From Patescibacteria group bacterium (GTDB taxonomy: Bacteria > Patescibacteriota > Minisyncoccia > Phycocordibacterales > PALSA-1337), in assembly GCA_040388415.1 (NCBI GenBank), contig JAZKBV010000002.1:1-61382 (forward strand): DNA of 61,382 nucleotides, in the 5' to 3' direction. The translations under genes and the position numbers were made by a program. How positions within the stretch are numbered: the first letter of the stretch is position 1; every line of letters starts with the position of its first letter. The notes under the pieces are model-generated. The model was not told the DNA's origin and made no database searches. It saw only the letters and a list, made by a program, of their open reading frames with translations. Positions 27,796-36,369 of this stretch are shown piece by piece.

Positions 27796-28401
27796 TTACA
27801 GATGCGATTCGCGGAGTGCCCTGTTGATATGCTGGTTCATGATAGTGCGCATAGGATTCAATTGCATCAGGTGGGCTGATTCAATCGTATCAGACTCAAT
27901 ATCTGCTCTGAGATCGGGAATGCTTGCCACATAGCCGAGACGATGGAGAATGCGGGTAACGATCAATGATTCGAGGGTTTTGAAGGATTCAGCATCTAAT
28001 TGAGTATTACTGCCAGCACTATCAGAATCGGTGGCCAAAAAATCAAATAATGAATCAAGGGTGACGAATAATTCCGGATGCGGATCTTCTCCTTGGAGTA
28101 AACGGTTAAGGAGAAGTGCCACTCGAGCTACAAGCTCTTTGCTTTGGAATGATAATTTTTCTTGCAATTTAATCTCTTGTGCACTGGTCAGTCGCCAAAA
28201 CTCTTTTCCACGCACGAACGAAAAAACGCCCAGAGAGTAATCCTGGATGAATGGCCTGAGCTTTGATTTTTCGAAACGGATGCCTTGAGCAGTAGCACGG
28301 ATGAGTCCAAGGTCTTTGGTAAATATAGACAACAGCTTCCCTGCTTCACCAGATGGTCGTGAGCTTACGATGAATCCGGGAGTTGTATGGATGGCGTACA
28401 T
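27796..28401 (-). CDS. recO: DNA repair protein RecO
   Basis: 201 aa. N-terminal OB-like GFIVSSRPSGEAGKLLSIFTKDLGLIRATAQGIR. Starts 1 nt after the ileS stop. Confidence 0.75.
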   Translation of the reverse strand: MYAIHTTPGFIVSSRPSGEAGKLLSIFTKDLGLIRATAQGIRFEKSKLRPFIQDYSLGVFSFVRGKEFWRLTSAQEIKLQEKLSFQSKELVARVALLLNRLLQGEDPHPELFVTLDSLFDFLATDSDSAGSNTQLDAESFKTLESLIVTRILHRLGYVASIPDLRADIESDTIESAHLMQLNPMRTIMNQHINRALRESHL

Positions 28402-28402
28402 G

Positions 28403-31400
28403 TTAAGCCTTCAACCCGAGCACATCACCAAAGTTGATGCTTGTGACATTTGTAAGTTTCTTTAACTCATCACCGTACTTCTCAACTATTGAACGCTCTG
28501 CTTCAGTCACAACCAAAGAAGTTTTATCTCCTACAGACAAGCCTTTCTCCTTTCTCATATCCTGTACTTTGCGGAGGAGCTCGCGGAATTCGCCTTCCAT
28601 TTTAAGCTCTGGGGTAATAACTGTATCCAATTCGACAGTGAATGTAGGGTCATTTTGGTCGACACTCTTTTCGAGCACAACTTCTTTGACATTAAGCTCA
28701 TCCATGAGAATAGACTTGAGCTCATCCCAGCGAGGAATGCTATGCTCGCGATGTTTGATAGAAAGCTTCTGTAACGGTTGACGGACATTTATCTTGCTCT
28801 CCGTTCTCTTCATAAGACCTGCAGTAGCAAAAGACTGAACGATCTTCATTCCTGACAAAACATCCTCATCCACCCTTCCTCCAACTGGCCACGATTCAAG
28901 ATGAACACTTTCCCCATCACCACCTACTTCTTGATAAATGAACTCAGCGAAGAAAGGCGTGAACGGTGCCATGATTTTCGCCAATGTAAGAAGAACATAT
29001 TTCGTTGTCGCCAAAGCTGCTTCTTTATCAGCTATATCATCTCCCTTGAAACGGTCACGTGATCGGCGAAGATACCACTGCGATAGATCAGCGATGAATT
29101 CGCGCATCTCGCGGGTAGGCTCGAGGAAAACATATGCGTCCATATTACGCGTCACATTCTCTACAAGCTGATTCAGGCGCGCCAATATCCATTGATCAAT
29201 AATATTCTGTGATTTTCCTAGCTCCTGACTTCTAACTTCTAACTTCTTATCTTCATACGTCTTATAAAATGTCGTTACATTCGCGACTAGATTGAACACC
29301 TTCTTCACAATCTCATCAACAGTCTTTTCTTCGAAGTTCTTCGACTCACCAGGTTGATTGACTGAATACATCCAGAAACGTAATGCATCTGCGCCATACT
29401 TGTCCATCATGTTCCATGGATTGATGACGTTGCCGATAGACTTCGACATTTTCTTCCCCTCCCCGTCGAGGATATGACCGAGACAGATCACATTCTTGTA
29501 TGCTCTGCCTTTGCCCATGAGAACGCCGATGGCGTGAAGTGTATAGAACCAGCCACGAGTCTGATCAATCGCTTCTGAAATAAAGTCAGCTGGATATGCC
29601 AGTTTTTGTTTTGTACCAAATAGTCCTTTCTTCCCTTCAAACGGATAATGATCCTGCGCGAATGGCATGCCACCAGAATCGAACCATACATCCATAACCT
29701 CTTTTGCACGAGTCATCTTGCCGCCACATGAACATGAAAATTTCACTTCATCGATGAATGGCTTATGGAGGTCGAGCTCGTATTCTGAGTTATGTGGCAC
29801 TACTTTCATATTCAACTCGCGTACACCAGCCTTTTCGATGTAATTATTCTTTTCATATTCGGCGGTCTGCTCCCTGTCCCAACCCTGGGCAGCAGCGATG
29901 AGCATCATGGCTGGACTGCCATGAGTAACGATCAGAACGTTCTTGCCGGCATATTTTGATTCAATATCGTACAAGAAATCACCGACGCGAGTTTTCACAT
30001 CCGCATGATTCTCTCCATTTTTTGGATGAACTACGAAGCGACTATCATTGAGCGGGAAAACTTTTAACAGCTGTTCGAGCGTCATGCCATCCCATTCGCC
30101 AAGCTCGATTTCCCTCAGACGATTGTCTGTCACAAATTGTTCGTCGGCCAGACCAAGCGCCTTTTGCACAAGCTGTGCAGTCTCCTGAGTGCGAATGAAT
30201 GGAGAAACGACGATCAGGTCAATCTTCAATTTTTTGATGCCTTCTATAGCTAAAGCTACTTTCTTTTTACCATGCTCGGTCAGATGATTTTCAAGTGTGA
30301 TATCACTGTTCAAAACATCTTTCGCATTGCACTCTGCTTCGCCATGACGCATAACATGATAGGTATTCTTTGCGGGCTGAGCGATGTCCTCGATAGATCC
30401 GACAACTTTTCTCTTGTTACATGTATCGCAATTCCATACTGGCAATGGCGTGCCCCAATAACGTTCGCGTGAGATCGCCCAATCTTTGACATCTTTGAGC
30501 CATTCGCCAAAACGACCATCCTTTATGTACTCAGGCTCCCAATGGATGCCTTCATTTTCTTTTAACAATTTGTCACGCAAATCTGACATGCGAATATACC
30601 ATGAGTCGCGCGCAAAATAGATGAGCGGAGTCTTACAACGCCAACAATGAGGATAGGTATGCTTTATGTTTTCCTGAGCGAAAAATGCTCCATTTTGTTT
30701 CAGATAATTCACAATATCAACATCAAGGGTCGGCTTACCATTTTCATCTTTTTCTTTGACGAATCTACCCGCAAGGAAGTCAGTTCCCTTTTTGAAGGTT
30801 CCGTCGTCATTCACTAAATGATATTTAGGCAGATTGTTCTTTGTGCCGAGCTCAAAGTCGTCCTGACCATACATGGGAGCGATATGCACGATGCCAGTAC
30901 CATCAGCAGTTGTGACAAAATCGCCCGCATATACTTTGAATGCATTTGGCAACTTATCTTTTTCTGCTCCAGTGACTGCGTCATTCAGATAAGGAAAGAG
31001 GGGCTCGTAGGTGAGGCCGACGAGGTCAGAGCCTTTGATGGTTACAAGTATTTCATGCTGTGTCTCTTTCAATGAAGACAATCGTTCTTTGGCTAGAATA
31101 AGGATGTCGTTGCTGACCTTAACCTTCACATACTCAATATCCTTCCCTACCGCCAAAGCGACGTTGCCCGGGAGAGTCCAAGGCGTCGTTGTCCATGCAA
31201 GAATATAAGTATCTTTTTGTCCTATTACTTTAAATTTCACATAAAGTGAAAGATCCTTCACCTCCTGATAGCCTTGCGCCAACTCATGTGACGAAAGACC
31301 GGTACCACAGCGCGGACACCATGGAACAATCTTATAGTCTTTATAGAGCAAACCTTTCTCATCGACAGTTTTGATGATATTCCAAACTGACTCGATATAC

Positions 31401-31873
31401 TGAGGCTTGTAGGTAATATAGGGATTTTTGAGATCAACCCAGTATCCCATACGGTTGGTGAAATCTTCCCATTCGTGTACATAGGTCCAGACGCTGTCCT
31501 TACATTTTTGATTGAATGCAGCGATGCCATACGATTCGATCTCTTTCTTTGATTTGAGACCAAGCTCTTTTTCTACTTGAAGCTCAACAGGCAGACCGTG
31601 CGTATCCCAACCTCCCTTTCGGCGGACGTGGAATCCTTGCATGGTCTTGTAGCGAGGGATGGCATCCTTGAATGCGCGTGCTTCGAGGTGGTGTATACCG
31701 GGACGACCGTTGGCAGTTGGCGGACCTTCAAAAAAAACGAACTCCCCTTTTGGCGACTCTTTATCAAGAGACTTCTGAAACACATCTTTCTCTTTCCAAA
31801 ATGCCAAAACATTCTCCTCACGAAGAGCGTGGGGAGATTTAACTTTAAGGGCGTCGGGTGATTCTTGGGACAT
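28403..31873 (-). CDS. ileS: isoleucyl-tRNA synthetase with nested histidine-phosphatase domain
   Basis: 1156 aa with PPTANGRPGIHHL (HIGH region), the CP1 editing region, Zn knuckles (WCPRCGT, HCWRCKT, CDTC, CSCGG), DVWFDSG and GKKMSKS. The insert is described separately. Confidence 0.95.
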   Translation of the reverse strand: MSQESPDALKVKSPHALREENVLAFWKEKDVFQKSLDKESPKGEFVFFEGPPTANGRPGIHHLEARAFKDAIPRYKTMQGFHVRRKGGWDTHGLPVELQVEKELGLKSKKEIESYGIAAFNQKCKDSVWTYVHEWEDFTNRMGYWVDLKNPYITYKPQYIESVWNIIKTVDEKGLLYKDYKIVPWCPRCGTGLSSHELAQGYQEVKDLSLYVKFKVIGQKDTYILAWTTTPWTLPGNVALAVGKDIEYVKVKVSNDILILAKERLSSLKETQHEILVTIKGSDLVGLTYEPLFPYLNDAVTGAEKDKLPNAFKVYAGDFVTTADGTGIVHIAPMYGQDDFELGTKNNLPKYHLVNDDGTFKKGTDFLAGRFVKEKDENGKPTLDVDIVNYLKQNGAFFAQENIKHTYPHCWRCKTPLIYFARDSWYIRMSDLRDKLLKENEGIHWEPEYIKDGRFGEWLKDVKDWAISRERYWGTPLPVWNCDTCNKRKVVGSIEDIAQPAKNTYHVMRHGEAECNAKDVLNSDITLENHLTEHGKKKVALAIEGIKKLKIDLIVVSPFIRTQETAQLVQKALGLADEQFVTDNRLREIELGEWDGMTLEQLLKVFPLNDSRFVVHPKNGENHADVKTRVGDFLYDIESKYAGKNVLIVTHGSPAMMLIAAAQGWDREQTAEYEKNNYIEKAGVRELNMKVVPHNSEYELDLHKPFIDEVKFSCSCGGKMTRAKEVMDVWFDSGGMPFAQDHYPFEGKKGLFGTKQKLAYPADFISEAIDQTRGWFYTLHAIGVLMGKGRAYKNVICLGHILDGEGKKMSKSIGNVINPWNMMDKYGADALRFWMYSVNQPGESKNFEEKTVDEIVKKVFNLVANVTTFYKTYEDKKLEVRSQELGKSQNIIDQWILARLNQLVENVTRNMDAYVFLEPTREMREFIADLSQWYLRRSRDRFKGDDIADKEAALATTKYVLLTLAKIMAPFTPFFAEFIYQEVGGDGESVHLESWPVGGRVDEDVLSGMKIVQSFATAGLMKRTESKINVRQPLQKLSIKHREHSIPRWDELKSILMDELNVKEVVLEKSVDQNDPTFTVELDTVITPELKMEGEFRELLRKVQDMRKEKGLSVGDKTSLVVTEAERSIVEKYGDELKKLTNVTSINFGDVLGLKA
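29780..30367 (-). other. in-frame histidine-phosphatase (PGAM/His_Phos_1-like) domain inserted in IleRS (aa ~503-698)
   Basis: Motifs YHVMRHGEAECN (RHG codons at ~30341-30349), SPFIRTQETA, REIELGEWDG and LIVTHGSP. Flanked by IleRS blocks PLPVWNCDTCNKRKVVGS and DLHKPFIDEVKFSCSCGG. Confidence 0.8.
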
Positions 31874-31903
31874 ATTATTGTAAAGATTACGCTAGTTGAC
31901 GTC

Positions 31904-32491
31904 TTATTTCAATCTCATACTCTCTATCTTTTCTATGAGCAGAGGATGTTTAATATCTTTAATGGCATAATCGGCAAACTCTTTAAACAAAGGCTTCCCT
32001 GAAGATTTTTCATATTCATACGCTTTTTCAATTGCTTGATACTTATCCAATTGTCTTGCAAGATCGGCAACTCTATCATCAGATAATTCGAAGCGGAGCC
32101 ACAGATCAAATATTACACTACCCTCTACACCCAAACTTTCTGTAATCTTTGCCATCGCATCACGTTCACTTGTAAATTTTTCCTCTTTTAGTTTTTTACG
32201 CTCTACTGGATCACTTGTTATGGTCACCTTATCACCATCGATTGCTTCAGCCCAGTCATGGATTTCCAATATATCAAGAAGGTCTTGTTTCTCATCAGAC
32301 GAAAATTCTGACAATAAATCAGAAACAGCTGGCGCCAGAGCCTTGAGGGCCAGTGTATGCTCCTGCACAGTCTCTGGGTTTTCTATACCTCTTCTAACCC
32401 AACCCGTTCGCGGTATTTCAGCTAATTTTGACCACACTTCCGGTACAAGATGTGCGAATTTTAATTCCGAAGAATTTTTGATTGATTCCAT
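31904..32491 (-). CDS. HD-domain hydrolase (YfbR-like 5'-deoxynucleotidase family)
   Basis: 195 aa with ENPETVQEHTLAL ... LEIHDWAEAIDGD (H...HD...D pattern). Confidence 0.8.
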   Translation of the reverse strand: MESIKNSSELKFAHLVPEVWSKLAEIPRTGWVRRGIENPETVQEHTLALKALAPAVSDLLSEFSSDEKQDLLDILEIHDWAEAIDGDKVTITSDPVERKKLKEEKFTSERDAMAKITESLGVEGSVIFDLWLRFELSDDRVADLARQLDKYQAIEKAYEYEKSSGKPLFKEFADYAIKDIKHPLLIEKIESMRLK

Positions 32492-32503
32492 AATAGATTT
32501 TAC

Positions 32504-34258
32504 TTACATCCTCTTCGGAATTTTGATACCGAGAATGTGGAGACCTTCACTCATCACCTCAACAAAGCTTTTGGTGAGGAGCACGCGATACGGCGACAAC
32601 GGTTCATTCACATCAACGATCGTATTGCTTGCATAAAAACTATTGAATGCCCCCGCAAGATTGATGAGATAGTTCGCAACAAGCTGTGGCGCATATTCTG
32701 CTGACGCTCGCTCGATGATATCTGGGAATCTCACAATGAGCTTTTCGAGCAGGCCAACCTTTTCTGGCAAAACTACTTTTGACTGATTGATCAATGTTCG
32801 AATCTCCCCTTCTTTACCCAAATCGAGCTCGCCTTTCGCTTTCTCGATAATAGAATTTGCGCGAACAACAGAATACTGGAGATACGGGCCCGAATCACCT
32901 TCAAATGAAATAGACTTCGCTGAATCAAAGATGACATCACTACCGACAGCCTGACGGAGGATGGTGTATTTGATAGCAGCGATAGCGATGATATCTGATA
33001 CTTCTTCAGCATCTTCAGGGGCGAACTTACGGTCAACAATTCTTTCTATAACCATTTTCTTCATATCATCGATGAGCGTCTCGGCGGTGATGACGTTGCC
33101 TGTGCGTGAAGACATTTTGCCTGAGGCAAAGCGCAACATGCCATGGCCAATGTGCTTTGTTTTCTTTCCGACATTTTCATCGATCAGCGTGAGCGCCTTG
33201 GTGATGACTTTGAAATATTCATTCTGCTCACTCGCTGTCACCACGATCGACATATCTGTTTCAGGATATTTTTTGAACTTTGTTACATTCAACCCCATCT
33301 CCTTTGCTTCATAGGTTGGCAGGCCATGCGAGTTGATGAACACACGCGTATGCAGACCATGATCTTCGCCTTTAAAAACTATAGCCCCATCGCTTTCAGC
33401 GAAAACATCTTTCTTTAAAAACATTTTGACGATATCAAGACCGACAGGGGCCATCTCGCTTTCATATATATATCCATCAAAATGCGTGCCGAGACGCTTA
33501 TAGAGCAATTCAAAATGTTCCAAGCTCCAGTTTCTCCCCTTTTCATAGAGAGTATTGATGGCTGGACTCGACTTCTCGTAGAGTATTCTGTTCAATGAAT
33601 CGATATCATCTTTTACTGTGATGCCGGCTCCACTCAATTCATCTGACTCATAGAGGCGCGTACCTTCGACATACATTTTGCCAAGGAATGCTGTTTTCTC
33701 TTGGATCGGTGTGGAGTCAGCAGGTATTTCGCTCTCATGGCGCTTCATAGCCCAGATAGACTTGGCGATGTGGAGACCGATATCAGACGGGTAACAGAGA
33801 CGCGTGACTTTGGCACCCGACGCTTCAATCAAACGTGATAGTGACTCGCCGATAGCATTCGACATGAGATGACCGATATGGAATGCCTTGAAGATATTCG
33901 GATCTGTATACTCGATAAGTATATTTTTATTTCCGTCTTTTTCTCTTTTGGTTTTTGTATCTTGGTTATTGATTATTGATTCAGCGAACACACTATCCTT
34001 CACTTTAAAGTTAATAAAACCTGGTCCAGCTACACTGACAGATTCGATGCTTTGAGGCATATCTTTTTTGAATTCTTCAACTATCCTTTCGGCGAGCATT
34101 TTTGGGGCCATCTTGAGCACCTTGGCATGAGCCATAGCGATATTGGTCGAATAGTCGCCATGTTCTGGATTTTCTGGATACTCCAAAGCAAAAAAATCGG
34201 CAGAAATACCAATATTTTTAGCCGTTTTGACGAGATGGTCTATAAGCTCTGATTTCAT
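32504..34258 (-). CDS. argS: arginyl-tRNA synthetase
   Basis: 584 aa with NIFKAFHIGHLMSNAIG (HIGH), SSRTGNVIT (MSK-like), and a DALR anticodon-binding C-terminus ending ...GIKIPKRM. Confidence 0.95.
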   Translation of the reverse strand: MKSELIDHLVKTAKNIGISADFFALEYPENPEHGDYSTNIAMAHAKVLKMAPKMLAERIVEEFKKDMPQSIESVSVAGPGFINFKVKDSVFAESIINNQDTKTKREKDGNKNILIEYTDPNIFKAFHIGHLMSNAIGESLSRLIEASGAKVTRLCYPSDIGLHIAKSIWAMKRHESEIPADSTPIQEKTAFLGKMYVEGTRLYESDELSGAGITVKDDIDSLNRILYEKSSPAINTLYEKGRNWSLEHFELLYKRLGTHFDGYIYESEMAPVGLDIVKMFLKKDVFAESDGAIVFKGEDHGLHTRVFINSHGLPTYEAKEMGLNVTKFKKYPETDMSIVVTASEQNEYFKVITKALTLIDENVGKKTKHIGHGMLRFASGKMSSRTGNVITAETLIDDMKKMVIERIVDRKFAPEDAEEVSDIIAIAAIKYTILRQAVGSDVIFDSAKSISFEGDSGPYLQYSVVRANSIIEKAKGELDLGKEGEIRTLINQSKVVLPEKVGLLEKLIVRFPDIIERASAEYAPQLVANYLINLAGAFNSFYASNTIVDVNEPLSPYRVLLTKSFVEVMSEGLHILGIKIPKRM

Positions 34259-34264
34259 AAGGAT

Positions 34265-34273
34265 ATTGTAGCA
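34265..34273 (-). promoter_or_regulatory. extended -10 TGCTACAAT, 6 nt before the argS ATG
   Basis: TGCTACAAT-atcctt-ATG. Confidence 0.5.
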
Positions 34274-34325
34274 GAATAAGGCTTATATGCACGCATATTT
34301 GACAACTGACAGAAAACCAGTTAGG

Positions 34326-34660
34326 ATGTTACTGGCTAAGGGACTTTGTGAGATTGTAGTCTCTTCTTCATCCGATGAACGGCGAAAAGCCTCCCCATCA
34401 ATGGGCAACCACAGATGGGTAAGTACCCGTAATCGCATGCAGGAAATAGGGCTTCGGCTCGTCTGATCAATTAGATTGGTTTGCGCAGTGCGGTTCCTCA
34501 ACCAATCGAAACAAGAACAAACTGGCCAATGTAATTGCCGCGCAGTGATAATCCGGCAGCTTAATTCTTGAATGATTGATCAACATCTCAGCGCGATTCA
34601 GAACAGACACTGAATCGCGCTCACCTCATCCCACAAAGCTTTGTGGGATTTATTTTTTAT
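34326..34660 (+). ncRNA. unclassified candidate structured RNA (antisense orientation to flanking genes)
   Basis: The 413-bp gap has no credible ORF. On the plus strand there is a 12-bp perfect hairpin (34591-34622), then ATCCCACAAAG/CTTTGTGGGAT hairpin plus TTTATTTTTTATT (34629-34660), which is terminator-like only on the plus strand. A possible closing helix is GATGTT (34326-31) / AACATC (34583-88), with several internal hairpins. No family could be assigned by eye. Confidence 0.3.
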
Positions 34661-34671
34661 TCGTATACGAA

Positions 34672-35919
34672 CTATTTTGAAACTTTGCGAAGCGTCTCAT
34701 CGATCTTCTTTGCGATCATTTTAAAATCCTTTTCTTTTCTTCCACGAGTTGTTTCAGCGGCTGTGCCGATGCGGATACCAGAAGGGTCAGCGGGTGGTCG
34801 CACATCAAATGGCACCGCATTTTTATTTACGATAATACCTGCTTTTTCAAGGGCATCGCTGGCATCTTTACCTGATACACCCCCTGCCCCCTTTTCATTC
34901 TTCTTTCCGTCATTCCACGTATCGATAAGGATAAGATGAGAATCTGTACCGCCAGAGATAAGCCTCCAACCGCGCGCATGGAGCTCAGTTGCAAGAACTG
35001 AAGCATTTTTTACTACTTGATCAGCGTATTTTTTGAAGCTTGGACCCGATGCTTCCTTGAGTGTGATAGCAACTGCTGCAATCTGGTTTTCATGGGGGCC
35101 ACCTTGAAGGCCAGGAAATACGGCGCGATCTATTTTCTTGTCGAGCTCACGGGCGTCTTTTTTTGCAAAGATGAGGGCTGAACGTGGACCACGGAGCGTC
35201 TTATGCGTAGTTGTCGTGACGATATCAGCGTATGGAAATGGTGACGGGTACGCTTCACCTGCGACAAGTCCGGCGATATGCGACATATCAACCATGAGGA
35301 GCGCTTCAGCTGAATCAGCGATCTCACGCATAGCTGCCCAGTCGATACGGCGAGGATATGCAGTGAATCCAGCCACAATGATAGCCGGCTTCTCTTTTAT
35401 CGCTAACTCGCGAAGTTGATCATAGTTGATCATTTCAGTGGTCGCATCGAGACCGTATGGCACTTGGATCCAAAACTTACCAGTCGCAGAGACTTTGTGA
35501 CCATGAGTAAGGTGGCCTCCATGATCAAGAGACATGCCCATGATCTTTGAGGGAACGAGAACTTCAGCGTTTTCGACGCCAGGTAACGTTATCTTTTTTG
35601 GAGGAATGAGCGCAGTGTAGACCGCAAGGTTGGCTGGTGAACCTGAGAGCGCCTGGACGTTCACATGCCACTCAGTCGGATCAAGTTTAAAAAGTTTGAG
35701 GGCGCGCTCTATGCAAAGTGACTCGATCTTGTCGACAATCTCGTTACCACCGTAGTATCTCTTGCCGGGATACCCTTCTGCATATTTGTTCGTTAGCTCT
35801 GAACCCAATGCTTCGAGCACATCTTTTGAAACGTAATTTTCTGAGGCAATGAGGTTGATAACTTTCTTCTGGCGCTTCTTCTCGGTCTCTATGAGTTTTT
35901 TGATTTGAGTGTCTTTCAT
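34672..35919 (-). CDS. glyA: serine hydroxymethyltransferase
   Basis: 415 aa with NLIASENYVS, TTTTHKTLRGPR (PLP Lys) and SGGTDSHL. Confidence 0.97.
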   Translation of the reverse strand: MKDTQIKKLIETEKKRQKKVINLIASENYVSKDVLEALGSELTNKYAEGYPGKRYYGGNEIVDKIESLCIERALKLFKLDPTEWHVNVQALSGSPANLAVYTALIPPKKITLPGVENAEVLVPSKIMGMSLDHGGHLTHGHKVSATGKFWIQVPYGLDATTEMINYDQLRELAIKEKPAIIVAGFTAYPRRIDWAAMREIADSAEALLMVDMSHIAGLVAGEAYPSPFPYADIVTTTTHKTLRGPRSALIFAKKDARELDKKIDRAVFPGLQGGPHENQIAAVAITLKEASGPSFKKYADQVVKNASVLATELHARGWRLISGGTDSHLILIDTWNDGKKNEKGAGGVSGKDASDALEKAGIIVNKNAVPFDVRPPADPSGIRIGTAAETTRGRKEKDFKMIAKKIDETLRKVSK

Positions 35920-35925
35920 CTATTG

Positions 35926-35934
35926 AATATACCA
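35926..35934 (-). promoter_or_regulatory. extended -10 TGGTATATT, 6 nt before the glyA ATG
   Basis: TGGTATATT-caatag-ATG. Confidence 0.5.
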
Positions 35935-35994
35935 CGCAGATATATGAAAAAGAAAATGGCGACAGGTGCAAAATTGTGTGTTGGAAAATCAGGT

Positions 35995-36042
35995 AAAAAC
36001 AGAAAGACCCGTCGCGCACATGAGTGAAGTGCGAGACGGGTC
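35995..36042 (-). terminator. strong minus-strand intrinsic terminator 330 nt downstream of tmk
   Basis: 14-bp stem GACCCGTCTCGCAC/GTGCGCGACGGGTC (1 mismatch), followed on the minus strand by TTTCTGTTTTT. Confidence 0.7.
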
Positions 36043-36369
36043 CGGTGAACCCACATTAACCGGAGGAACCAGCGCAGTGGGAAATCGCTGTTGGCGACAA
36101 GTTAGAGGTTATTCACGGAGAATGAGGCCAGTTCGTGACAAGTTAACATAATCATGGCCAACGAGCTTTTTTGGTTCTGTGAGGCGATAGCCGCTTCATA
36201 GCAAGACTTGTAGTAATAACAGCTTGCGGTCATGTGGTTCGCAATCACAAGGGAGTCTCTTGGACGCCCCATTACCCTCGTTAAGACAAGAGCATTCAGT
36301 TGCATACGTTACGCCTCTTATCAAATTCTGTCAACAGGTTATCCACAGTCCTGTTTGAGACTCAATTTC

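Noticed and set aside
34526-34552. tmRNA-tag-like mini-ORFs beginning with Ala-Asn: GCC AAT GTA ATT GCC GCG CAG TGA TAA here, and GCC AAC GAG ... GCC GCT TCA TAG at 36157..36201.
   Set aside because: Neither region has the tRNA-like GGGG... 5' end, a proper T-arm, or a ...CCACCA 3' end. The tags do not end in the usual (L/V)AA.
36059-36075. ACCGGAGGAACCAGCG, which resembles the SRP RNA domain IV core (CCGGAAGGAAGCAGCC).
   Set aside because: The flanking sequence does not form the expected helix 8 closing pairs around a GNAR loop. The resemblance needs a gap, so it cannot be supported by eye.
36102-36305. 67-aa minus-strand ORF in the tmk-glyA spacer, considered as a real small protein.
   Set aside because: No SD and no -10/6-nt arrangement. 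The composition is odd (CYYYKSCY, many Cys/Tyr/Met) and nothing is recognisable. It is kept only as one explanation in the corresponding finding.
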